Source: Gammaproteobacteria bacterium (lineage in GTDB: Bacteria; Pseudomonadota; Gammaproteobacteria; Eutrophobiales; Eutrophobiaceae). Taken from it: 64,000 nucleotides of DNA. Every line of letters begins with the position of its first letter. The stretch's first letter is position 1. Positions 41,701 to 50,520 of the stretch are shown here, piece after piece. The notes beneath the pieces are model-generated. The model was not told where the DNA came from. It made no database searches and saw only the letters and a program-made list of their open reading frames with translations. Where the stretch lies: assembly GCA_965221695.1 (NCBI GenBank), contig OZ244905.1, positions 1,632,001-1,696,000 on the forward strand, in the 5' to 3' direction. The translations under genes and the position numbers were made by a program.

Positions 41701-42432
41701 TTATTGCTTCCTCAGCGCCAGCAAGCGCCGTATGACCGGCCTGATATCCAGGTTAGTGTCGTCTTGTCGCGCCAGTTTCAGTGCGCTGCGATAGTATTCG
41801 ATTGCCTCTTCGTGGCGTCCCATCCGGTCCAGGCTGATGGCGATATTCAGCGCGTGCACCGGGTTGGCCGGCTCCAGCCTGTGGGCAGCGGAGAATGCCT
41901 GGCGCGCCGCCGACCAGCGCGCTTGCACAGTCAAAAGTTGGCCCAGGACTGCGTGCAAGTACGGTTCATCGGGTTGTTTTGAGAGCAACTCCCTGAGCGC
42001 CGCCTCTCCCTGCTGATCCGCCTGCAAGCCGATCAGTGCGGCGCTCGCCAGTACATTTTTCGGAAATGCGCGCAGAATGCGCCGATACAGACTGTTCGCT
42101 GTTTTCACGTCGCCTGTCGCGAACGCGCAGGCCGCCAGTCCCATCAGCGCGTCCCGGTTGTCCGGATAGGCGCGCAACACCTCCTCATACCCGGACCTGG
42201 CCGCGCCGATATCGCCGGCCTGGTAGGCCCGGTAAGCCCCGTTTAACCTTTTTTCCTGGTTGCCGTCGGTCTCCACGCGAATGACACTGATCGGCGCAGA
42301 ATCCGGTTCGGCCATGACAGGTCGGAACGCACCGCAGTGGACACAGGCCACAATCACAATGAATGCGGATAAATACCCGGTAGTGCGCGATGCGTGGACG
42401 CAACGGCTTGATGTCAGGCGCAACTCAGTCAT
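41701..42432 (-). CDS. TPR protein (MshN-like)
   Basis: Several TPR-like helices (AYRAYQAGD..AR..YE, NIAISLD..G..EEAIEYY). Confidence 0.8.
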   Translation of the reverse strand: MTELRLTSSRCVHASRTTGYLSAFIVIVACVHCGAFRPVMAEPDSAPISVIRVETDGNQEKRLNGAYRAYQAGDIGAARSGYEEVLRAYPDNRDALMGLAACAFATGDVKTANSLYRRILRAFPKNVLASAALIGLQADQQGEAALRELLSKQPDEPYLHAVLGQLLTVQARWSAARQAFSAAHRLEPANPVHALNIAISLDRMGRHEEAIEYYRSALKLARQDDTNLDIRPVIRRLLALRKQ

Positions 42433-43990
42433 TGTCTGCTCCGGGGTAAAATTGCCTGTAGTCGCTGAAATCACCGTCCAGACTGGGGTTACGGATGATT
42501 AACGGGCGCAGAAATATGACCAACTCGGTCTTCTCGTATTCACGCAAGGCCATTTTGAAGGCATTCCCCAGCAACGGCACCCGCGACAGGCCTGGAATGG
42601 CATTGTCGTTGCTGCGATTGTCATCCTGCATCAACCCGCCCATGACCGCGATCTCACCGTTCTGCAGTTGCAACATGGATTCCATCTCGCGCACCCGGAT
42701 TTCGGGCACCGGGCTGCTGACCGACAGGGCCGGGTTCGGGTCGTTGACGAACCGGTTGATGCGGGAAATGCTCGGCCTGATATTCAATATAATGGAATCA
42801 TTGGCCTTGATGTGCGGTGTTATCGTCATCACGATGCCCACCGGCACGGTTTTTACTACGGTCTCGAAGGTATTGGCCGCCACGCCCTGTGTGATGTTGC
42901 TTTCCTGTTCCACTTCAAAATAGACCACATTGTCCACCACCTTGAGGATGGCTGACTGGTTGTTCAAGGCCATGATCTGCGGGCTCGACAATACCCGCAC
43001 TTCCCCGAATTCCTCCAACAGTTCGACCGCTACGCTCAGCGCTCTGTCACGCTCCGGATCGGTATCGTCATAGCTCAGGGAAAACAAGGAAGCGGCATTA
43101 ACGGGGTTGGCCGTGAGCGTCTCCGTGGTCAGGTTGAAACCGGCCAGGCCGGCCTGGTTCAGCGCCTGCCAGTCGATGCCTGCCTGGAACTGGTCCGTCA
43201 GGCTTACCTCGACGATGGTCGCCTGTATCAACACCTGGCGATTGGCGTTGGTAAGCGTCTCTTCAATCAGTTTGCGCAGTAATTGATGTTGCGTCTCGGT
43301 CGCTTTGACGGTTAACACGCCTGACTCCGGGTGTGGAATAACCGTATTGCCGTTGGTCATTCCACCATCGGCCTCCAGGATCGCAGTGACGCTCGCCACC
43401 AGGTTGGCCCAGAAGTGGTTGGACATCGTGGCGCCGATAGTCGTGGTGGAATTATTGTTCCCGCCACCGCCTTGTTCGCTGTTGCCGGCGCCTGCAATCT
43501 GTGTCCCGACTTCGACAATGTGCGAGGTGTCCCGGGCCATATCCAGGTAATCGATACGGTAGGTGCGGAAATACGGCTCGTCGGGCAAAATCAACACGTT
43601 GCCGTCTTCCATCAGATAACGCAGTCCAGACTGTCGGACGATACGCTGCAACAACTGCGGCAGGGTCTGCTCCACCGCGTTCATGGTCACCAGGCCGCTT
43701 ATGCCCGGCGCGATATCGATGTTCACCCGCGCATCCCTGGCCAGGGCAAACAGCAATTCCCTGACCGGCACCTCGTTGACGACTACCGTATACCTGTCTT
43801 CATGCTGCAGCGGCGCGGGCTTCGGAACAGGCGGCGGCTGCCGGACAATTTCGGGTATAGCCGCAGACGCGCCGGTATCGGCAACGATGTTAAGATGACC
43901 AACAGAAAGCGGCGGCTCAGGCGCAACAAACCTGCACGCGGCAAGAACGGTGAAGAAAAGACCCAACCAGATCCAATGTAACAACCCCAT
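42425..43990 (-). CDS. mshL: Secretin, MshL-like lipoprotein
   Basis: Lipobox VLAAC, VRELLFALARDA, QVLIQATIVEV, LSSPQIMALNNQ, IPGLSRVPLLG, KTELVIFLRP. Confidence 0.85.
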   Translation of the reverse strand: MGLLHWIWLGLFFTVLAACRFVAPEPPLSVGHLNIVADTGASAAIPEIVRQPPPVPKPAPLQHEDRYTVVVNEVPVRELLFALARDARVNIDIAPGISGLVTMNAVEQTLPQLLQRIVRQSGLRYLMEDGNVLILPDEPYFRTYRIDYLDMARDTSHIVEVGTQIAGAGNSEQGGGGNNNSTTTIGATMSNHFWANLVASVTAILEADGGMTNGNTVIPHPESGVLTVKATETQHQLLRKLIEETLTNANRQVLIQATIVEVSLTDQFQAGIDWQALNQAGLAGFNLTTETLTANPVNAASLFSLSYDDTDPERDRALSVAVELLEEFGEVRVLSSPQIMALNNQSAILKVVDNVVYFEVEQESNITQGVAANTFETVVKTVPVGIVMTITPHIKANDSIILNIRPSISRINRFVNDPNPALSVSSPVPEIRVREMESMLQLQNGEIAVMGGLMQDDNRSNDNAIPGLSRVPLLGNAFKMALREYEKTELVIFLRPLIIRNPSLDGDFSDYRQFYPGADND

Positions 43991-44173
43991 GATGCTCCTT
44001 AATCTTCCTGCATCTCCTCAGTAACAGCCCACAGGCCAAAGCACTGTGAACTAACCCATGGCTTTGAGAATATACCCTTTATTCAGCGATTGCAAATATT
44101 TTTAAATCCGTTTTAATTCCGCTGCTCGAGTAAATTTTAGTGTCGTTATTTTGCTGTATAACCTAGGAACAAC

Positions 44174-44332
44174 ACCATTCCCGTGTAAACGGGAATCCAG
44201 TGAATTAAAGGGTCGCCTTTCAGGCGACACAGTATTTGACTGGACTCCCGCTGTTGCGGGAGTGGTACGGAGGAATGCCCAGGTCTGCGCCAACAGTTAC
44301 ATGTCTGTGCAGAGACCTGATCATGAAGGTTT
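44174..44332 (-). repeat. REP-like family B single unit with AGAGACCTGATCATGA tail
   Basis: Same orientation and tail as 31328-31492. Confidence 0.8.
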
Positions 44333-44500
44333 AGGAAGCTCTAGTTAAGTCAGAAGTTCCAACGGCACATGGATGCGCCGTCAAAAAATGAGTTTATATC
44401 ATTGATTTTGTGAGAACAAATCGGCAGGACAGCCAATTTGCACAACCGCTTTTTTACGCTCTCTGACAGGTCCTGGATGGATTTGTTCAGGGCTTCCTTT
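44331..44500 (+). mobile_element. MITE-like family A, diverged full-length copy
   Basis: TTAGGAAGCTCT..TTAAGTCAGAAGTTCC, ACGGCACATGGATGCGCCGT, CTCTGACAGGTCCTGGATGGATTTGTTCAGGGCTTCCTT. Confidence 0.75.
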
Positions 44501-44527
44501 ATATAGTAAAAAGTGGCAATACATGCT

Positions 44528-45715
44528 TCAGTCTGACCATACCTCTTTCACTAGTCTCAGAAAGTTCAGGCCCAGTATTTTTTCAATGGTACCAGTAGAA
44601 TGACCCCGCTGATGCAGCAGGTCTGCAAGTTTCTGAAATTGTGTTGGCCCCATTAAATCGGGCACAAGCGGCACAACCTGCTCAGACTCACCGGCGGCGC
44701 TGATACCCGCCGTTTTACGCTGTTGCAGTTCGCCGGCGATAGCGGCTCTATATTTCATCATATCGTCGATTGCCGTCGCATCACCATCGGTTCCTATGCC
44801 AACGTGATTCTGTCCGCATATTTTAATCGCGTGCTCAATATGCCTTATTACGTCATCGGCGCGGGCTTGACCGTCCTGTTTCAGAAATGGCATAAAGTAG
44901 ATGCCGACAACACCTCCACTCTCAGCGACCAACCGTAATTCTTTGTCAGTCTTGTTTCGTGGCAGGTTCGTAATAGCCCGGCATCCGGTATGCGAAATCG
45001 TCACAGGCGTGTTTGACCTGTGTATCGCATCCAGGCAGGTTTGTTCGCCGCTATGGCTCAGGTCAACCAGCACATTATGTTGGTTCAGGGCCTCGACCAC
45101 TGCATGTCCGAACGGCGTTAACCCATGGTTGTCCTGCACTGAACAGCCATCTCCGATTTGATTGCGGCCGTTATAGGTTAGTTGAATGATACGCACACCA
45201 AGATTGGCAAAGGTTCTAACTCGATCAACTTTATTACCGACACTTGCCGCGTTCTGGAAACCAAAAATTATGCCGATCTTATTTTCCTGTTTCGCCCTGA
45301 GGATATCGGCGGCGTCCAACACCTTGATGAGGTCGCTGTCGTGTTCACGTATGATTGAATTCCATTGAGCGATATCCTGAATCGTATACTCATAGGGAGA
45401 TTCCGGACCCGATACATAGCCCAGGGTGACATTAATTGCCGTCGTCCCTGAAGCATGGGTATCCTTGATAGCGCGCTCATCTATGCTACGCATGCGTTTG
45501 ATTAAATTGTCCCCGCCACTAGCCTTGTGTTGCCTGCTTGTGGTTTCAACCCACAGGTTCTGGTTGGATAATCCACCCAGGGCATTAATAATGACCATTT
45601 CTCTGATAGCCACAGGGCTGGCTTGTAACATTTTGAATTTCAGGCTGAACGGCAACGCGGCCAGGCCGGCCGTAGTTAGCTGCGAGAATTTACGTCTTGA
45701 GAGTTTGTCTTTCAT
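44528..45715 (-). CDS. Membrane dipeptidase (peptidase M19) with Tat signal
   Basis: SRRKF Tat motif; IIQLTYN, VDLSH, TISHTG, PRNKTD, HVGIGTD, KILGLNFLR. Confidence 0.9.
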   Translation of the reverse strand: MKDKLSRRKFSQLTTAGLAALPFSLKFKMLQASPVAIREMVIINALGGLSNQNLWVETTSRQHKASGGDNLIKRMRSIDERAIKDTHASGTTAINVTLGYVSGPESPYEYTIQDIAQWNSIIREHDSDLIKVLDAADILRAKQENKIGIIFGFQNAASVGNKVDRVRTFANLGVRIIQLTYNGRNQIGDGCSVQDNHGLTPFGHAVVEALNQHNVLVDLSHSGEQTCLDAIHRSNTPVTISHTGCRAITNLPRNKTDKELRLVAESGGVVGIYFMPFLKQDGQARADDVIRHIEHAIKICGQNHVGIGTDGDATAIDDMMKYRAAIAGELQQRKTAGISAAGESEQVVPLVPDLMGPTQFQKLADLLHQRGHSTGTIEKILGLNFLRLVKEVWSD

Positions 45716-45841
45716 TCAAACCTGAAAACAATCCTGTTCCTCATCACAAAACCCTCCTCGAATACTGCTTAGCGCCATCAAGAAGGTTGTCCGGTATCAT
45801 GCGCTTTACCAGCACACTCTTGTTTGGGATGTGGATTTTAC

Positions 45842-45870
45842 GGAAGCTTTGACTTAATCAGAGGTTCCTT
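45842..45870. repeat. MITE-like family A terminal hairpin overlapping the sulfatase stop
   Basis: GGAAGCTTTGACTTAATCAGAGGTTCCTT. Confidence 0.7.
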
Positions 45871-47458
45871 GGTTAATATCGGTAAAAACTGTTTTTGCTT
45901 TTTCGAGCGACGGTTCTTTCCAGTCAGAAAATCGGCTGCTGAAAATATCGTTACGGCCATAGTATTTTTGTAATAATATGCCTTTAGCCGTGCCCCCTTT
46001 CCATAGGTCATACGCGTCATTGCCGTATTCATCGAAGAAATCCTCAAGGCGCCTGTCGAGTTCTTTGACGATATTCATATACGCAGGATCATCGATCAAA
46101 TTCACTCGCTCTTCCGGGTCGTTGCTGAGATCGTAAAGCGTGTTAGGTTCGTCATCATCCAGCCGCTTCATGAATTTCCACCTCGGCGTCCTGATTACCC
46201 TGACTGTGACAAATTCAAAAAACGCGGCATCTTCCCACTCGTCAATGTTCTGACCAAGCAGCAGCGGAGTAAAATCTTCACCCGGCGTGTTGACGATTCT
46301 TTTATCATCCAAGCCTATGTATCCCAGTAAAGTTGGAAACAGGTCAAACTGGTTGATGAACCTGTCCGATTCAATACCAATTGGAATCCTGCCGGGATGA
46401 CGAACTATGAGTGGTATTTGCATGTTGATGTTATGCGCAGTAAAAGGAAACGACCATGAAGTATTTCCCCATAAACCGTGCTGTCCATAGGAAGCGCCCT
46501 GGTCCGAGGTATAGATCATGACCGTATTATCGTCTATGCCCAGCTCTTCCAGTTTCTGTATTAGCTCTCCGATACCATCATCCACCATGGCGGTCTCGGA
46601 AGCGACGTTTATCATCGCCGTCCTGTTATTCAACGCCTCGATAGCCGTCCACGCGGTTGTGCCTTCCTTTACCATTAAGCTCGTCGGACCACGTCCTGCC
46701 TGAGCCCAGTTTCTAAGATACGGATGTATTTTTTCTTGCGGCATGGACGGAGTATTTCTTGTGTAATACGCAGCATGCCGATTCTTGGGCTCCATGGTAA
46801 CCGTAGGGGGCAGGTTATACGGACCGTTGTATGCAAGATACAGGAAAAAAGGCTTATCGCTTGTTTGTCGGGACAGAAAATCCAACGCTTTCTTCGTCCA
46901 GAAGTCGGTCAGGTGTCCGGTAACGATATAGGACTCCCCATTATCGATCACCGCTTGATTATAAAACCCGGTTGTGTGTCCGGAGGGAAACGTCACCCAA
47001 TATTTGAACCCCAACTGTGGGTTATGCGGCATGCCCAAATGGTACTTGCCCACCAATCCGGTATTGTAACCCGCTTCAGATAGAGTCTGGGGAAGAGAAC
47101 GGAATTCCTCAATCCCGGACCAGTCAGGGACATCGATATCTGACGGCAAAGCAACATGAATGCCGGTTTGTGAGGGTATCAGACCAGTCAACAGGGTCGC
47201 CCTGGTTGGTGAGCAAACTCCGTTCACTGCAAACGCGTTATTGAACCTGATGCCTTCTTTTGCAAGTCTGTCAATATTCGGGGTTTTGATTTCTTTATTG
47301 CCGTATGTTCCCAGTAACGAATGACTCTGGTTGTCGGACAGGATCAAAATTATATTCGGGCGCGCCGACGCCGATAAAAGCGGTGGCGCATTCATCACAA
47401 GAGGGATAAATAAGATAACCAGTAATTTAATCCTGGTCGGCATTGAATTACCCATCAT
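45854..47458 (-). CDS. Exported Cys-type (formylglycine) sulfatase
   Basis: RPNIILILSDN, CSPTRATLLTG, GKYHLG, YTSDQG, LYDLSNDPEE; signal peptide. Confidence 0.93.
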   Translation of the reverse strand: MMGNSMPTRIKLLVILFIPLVMNAPPLLSASARPNIILILSDNQSHSLLGTYGNKEIKTPNIDRLAKEGIRFNNAFAVNGVCSPTRATLLTGLIPSQTGIHVALPSDIDVPDWSGIEEFRSLPQTLSEAGYNTGLVGKYHLGMPHNPQLGFKYWVTFPSGHTTGFYNQAVIDNGESYIVTGHLTDFWTKKALDFLSRQTSDKPFFLYLAYNGPYNLPPTVTMEPKNRHAAYYTRNTPSMPQEKIHPYLRNWAQAGRGPTSLMVKEGTTAWTAIEALNNRTAMINVASETAMVDDGIGELIQKLEELGIDDNTVMIYTSDQGASYGQHGLWGNTSWSFPFTAHNINMQIPLIVRHPGRIPIGIESDRFINQFDLFPTLLGYIGLDDKRIVNTPGEDFTPLLLGQNIDEWEDAAFFEFVTVRVIRTPRWKFMKRLDDDEPNTLYDLSNDPEERVNLIDDPAYMNIVKELDRRLEDFFDEYGNDAYDLWKGGTAKGILLQKYYGRNDIFSSRFSDWKEPSLEKAKTVFTDINQGTSD

Positions 47459-47523
47459 TGCCTATCTTATCGGCGGTCATATCCTGCACATCCTGCGTAG
47501 ACGCCCGATATGCGTCGGTTAAT

Positions 47524-47606
47524 TTAAGGAAGCTCTGACAAGCCCATCCAGGACTTGTCAGAGCACGCAAAACAAAAATGCGATTTTATTTTACTCACAA
47601 AATGAA
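47524..47606 (-). repeat. MITE-like family A half copy, reverse orientation
   Basis: TTAAGGAAGCTCTGACAAGCCCATCCAGGACTTGTCAGAG...AAAACAAAAATGCGATTTT. Confidence 0.8.
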
Positions 47607-47616
47607 TGTGGAGGAG

Positions 47617-49893
47617 TCAAAAGTCTCTACTGAGTGTCACGCCTAAAGTTCGTGGTTTCTCCAGGAAATTCTGACCCGGGTCAAGCCTGAAAGTGCCGTC
47701 TTCAAATATATGGGTAATCGCCCGTTCATCGAATACGTTATCCACAAACAGTGACGCTTGCCAATTATCCGCTTCGACGCCAACGCGTAAATCCACGATC
47801 GCATAGTCACCCTGTCGGTTAAAGTACACATTTGGCCTGGTAGTGGGTTCAAGGGTGTTAATGTCCAGTAAAAACTCGTTGAAATCCGCAAAGTGTTCGC
47901 CAATATAGTTAACATTCAAATAGAAGTAGCCTCGCAGGTCCATCCACGGCAAGGGACGGCCATATTCCATGGATGCGTTCAAAGTCCAATCCGGCACATT
48001 AGGAATGAGATCGCCCTTCAGTCCGGAACGACTGTGATTAGCGCCAGCCCTGTTGACGGGAGCGTCGGCGTCAAGTTTTGCATCCACATAGCTTAAGGCC
48101 GCGGTCAAGCGTAAATCTTCAGCCAGATTGAGGGCGCTTTCCAGTTCAAACCCCGTTGCTTCAGCGCTGTCGGCGTTGTTGAGGAAACCGAACAAGCCGG
48201 TAGCTGATCTACCACTGAGCACGATGTCGGACCAATCAATGTGATAGATTGCGCCGTTCAGGGTAAACCGATTATCAAACCATTGCGAGCGGATGCCAAT
48301 TTCATAACTATCCAATTTGTCGGATCGAAACTCTTCCGGCACACCCACATTTCCCGGGTCGGTCAGAGCAATGGAAGAGGTGTTCTGGTTGGCGCCCCCT
48401 GGCCGGAAGCCCTGTGAAAAAGACGCATAGGCCAATACTTCATCGGTTACATCGAATGCCGCGTGCGCCTTGAATATCGTGCCATCATCCGAACCACGCG
48501 TCACGTTGACACGCAAGGGCAAGCGTCTGCCAGGTGTGCCTGACGGTAGGCCGAGGCCTGGAACGTTGATTCGATTAATGACGTCACTCCCGCTATCAAC
48601 ATCGAAATATCTGATACCTGCAGTCAGCGCAAACCTTTCATTGACATGCCAGGTTGCTTCTCCGTATACCGCCCTCTGGATAAGATCCGAATTCACGGTG
48701 CGCCTGAATAAAAATACTGTGTCGTCGGCGATTCTACCGTCGGCGCCGGGATACTGCACGCGGCTGTCTACAAAAGCATTCCGTTCAGAATAAAACGCGC
48801 CTACGGTCCAATCGATGACATTCTGACCTGATGAGGACAAACGAAATTCATGACTCAGCGCCTGCAAAGGCTCTGGTTGGGTGGACAGCACCGGCGGGAA
48901 AGGAAAGCCGGTGAAGCCATTATGAAATCGGAACACCGCGTTACGGTCAAACCAGGAATATGAATACAAGGCATCCGCCCAGTCAAAACCGTATTCTAGC
49001 GTAAGGTTATACAATACCTGCTCATCATTATAAGGTTCGCGGGACTCGGCGGCCGTCTTCGGATTGTTATCATCTATACTTGGGTTGAAGTAGAACCCGC
49101 CACCGACATTCTGGTCCTGGTAATAGATGGCGCCGGTAGCGGTAAACCTGTCGTTTGGCGTCCATCGTATCGATACACGACCGCCTTCCGTATCCACATC
49201 GTTGATGTCATCCTTGCCATAAGCGATATTGTCTACAAAGCCGGGATCGTCTCGCTTGAATCCGACGATGCGAACGGCTAACTGATCCTCGATAATGGGA
49301 ATATTGATCATCCCGTTAACCTGAAAACCCGTATCGCCGTATCTTACAGTTGAGCCTTCGATACTGATCTTGCCTTCAAATTTTTCGGCATTGGGCTTAT
49401 TGGTGATAAAACGCAGAGTCCCTCCCATTGAACCACCGCCATAAAGTGTCCCCTGCGGCCCCTTCAACACTTCCACACGCTGAAGATCAAACGGCTTTAA
49501 TTCAGGCGACCTGAGACCGGCATCATTGGTCGTACCGGGGGCGCCTACAACCAAAGCTTCGTCAAAATACACACCGACCTGTGGTTCGCCGGGGCTGGCA
49601 ATACCGCGGATAATCGGCCGGGTCGAACCGGGCCCATTATCCCTGAGGGTCAAACCCGGAACGGAACCGACAATATCAACGAAATCGTCAGCGCCCAATC
49701 GTTCCAGTCCTTCATTTGTTAATGCGGAAATTGCGATAGGCGTGTCTTGTAAAGCGCTGGAACGCTTGAGGGCGGTGACCACTATTTCTTCTATAGAGTC
49801 TGCTGCTGGCACGGGCAAGCTTAACTGCAAAGAAAATAAAATGACTGGCGCCAACACAAGAGAATTTGATTTTGGCACGACGTTTTCCCCCAT
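47617..49893 (-). CDS. TonB-dependent receptor
   Basis: TonB box IEEIVVTA, plug RVEVLKGPQGTLYG, C-terminal PRTLGVTLSRDF. Confidence 0.95.
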   Translation of the reverse strand: MGENVVPKSNSLVLAPVILFSLQLSLPVPAADSIEEIVVTALKRSSALQDTPIAISALTNEGLERLGADDFVDIVGSVPGLTLRDNGPGSTRPIIRGIASPGEPQVGVYFDEALVVGAPGTTNDAGLRSPELKPFDLQRVEVLKGPQGTLYGGGSMGGTLRFITNKPNAEKFEGKISIEGSTVRYGDTGFQVNGMINIPIIEDQLAVRIVGFKRDDPGFVDNIAYGKDDINDVDTEGGRVSIRWTPNDRFTATGAIYYQDQNVGGGFYFNPSIDDNNPKTAAESREPYNDEQVLYNLTLEYGFDWADALYSYSWFDRNAVFRFHNGFTGFPFPPVLSTQPEPLQALSHEFRLSSSGQNVIDWTVGAFYSERNAFVDSRVQYPGADGRIADDTVFLFRRTVNSDLIQRAVYGEATWHVNERFALTAGIRYFDVDSGSDVINRINVPGLGLPSGTPGRRLPLRVNVTRGSDDGTIFKAHAAFDVTDEVLAYASFSQGFRPGGANQNTSSIALTDPGNVGVPEEFRSDKLDSYEIGIRSQWFDNRFTLNGAIYHIDWSDIVLSGRSATGLFGFLNNADSAEATGFELESALNLAEDLRLTAALSYVDAKLDADAPVNRAGANHSRSGLKGDLIPNVPDWTLNASMEYGRPLPWMDLRGYFYLNVNYIGEHFADFNEFLLDINTLEPTTRPNVYFNRQGDYAIVDLRVGVEADNWQASLFVDNVFDERAITHIFEDGTFRLDPGQNFLEKPRTLGVTLSRDF

Positions 49894-50021
49894 TGATAAG
49901 AAATTAGGCTATGCTTCTATCCAGATAAGAACAATATATAGAATTTATTATTCCGGATAATCTCGAATATAGGCAACCCCGCTCCAAATTGCAAATACTA
50001 TATTTTCCAATCAGAGCATCC

Positions 50022-50078
50022 GGCTGACATAGATCAGGACACTGGAATCCAGGAAAATCACGGCTCGCTGGTTCTCTG
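50022..50078 (-). pseudogene. Remnant of a vapB/vapC junction paralogous to 55283-55950
   Basis: Reverse complement reads ...QRTSEP* overlapping GTG-IFLDSSVLIY, versus QSTREP*/MIFLDTNVLIY in the intact pair. Confidence 0.7.
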
Positions 50079-50080
50079 TC

Positions 50081-50404
50081 CGCTATACCGAGCGCTTGGC
50101 GGCGGCCGGGATTGAGGCCTCTGTGGGCAGTGTGGGGGATTCCTATGACAATGCGTTGGCGGAGACGATCATCGGCTTGTATAAGACGGAAGTAATCCGG
50201 GCACGAGGGCCATGGAAGACACTCGATGATGTGGAATATGCCACCTTGGAATGGGTGGATTGGTTCAATCATCGTCGTTTGCTGGCGCCGCTCGGCAATG
50301 TGCCGCCGGCTGAATATGAACAGATGTACTATGATGAGATTAACCGGTCATGCATAGCCGCATGACTCAAACTAACGAGTCTCCGGGATTCCCGGGGCGG
50401 TTCA
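50081..50404 (+). mobile_element. IS3-family remnant (3' end of transposase plus right IR)
   Basis: RYTERLAAAGIEASVGSVGDSYDNALAET..YKTEVI..WVDWFNHRRL; ends CCGGGGCGGTTCA. Confidence 0.9.
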
Positions 50405-50520
50405 ATGTACTAATTTTATTTGTATTTCTATCATGTGTGGCCAGGCTTTCCATACGAAATTAATAACATTTTGTTCTTGTCTTGTCATACGAATCATGAG
50501 CGGTGTAGAGGCAGGTTAGT

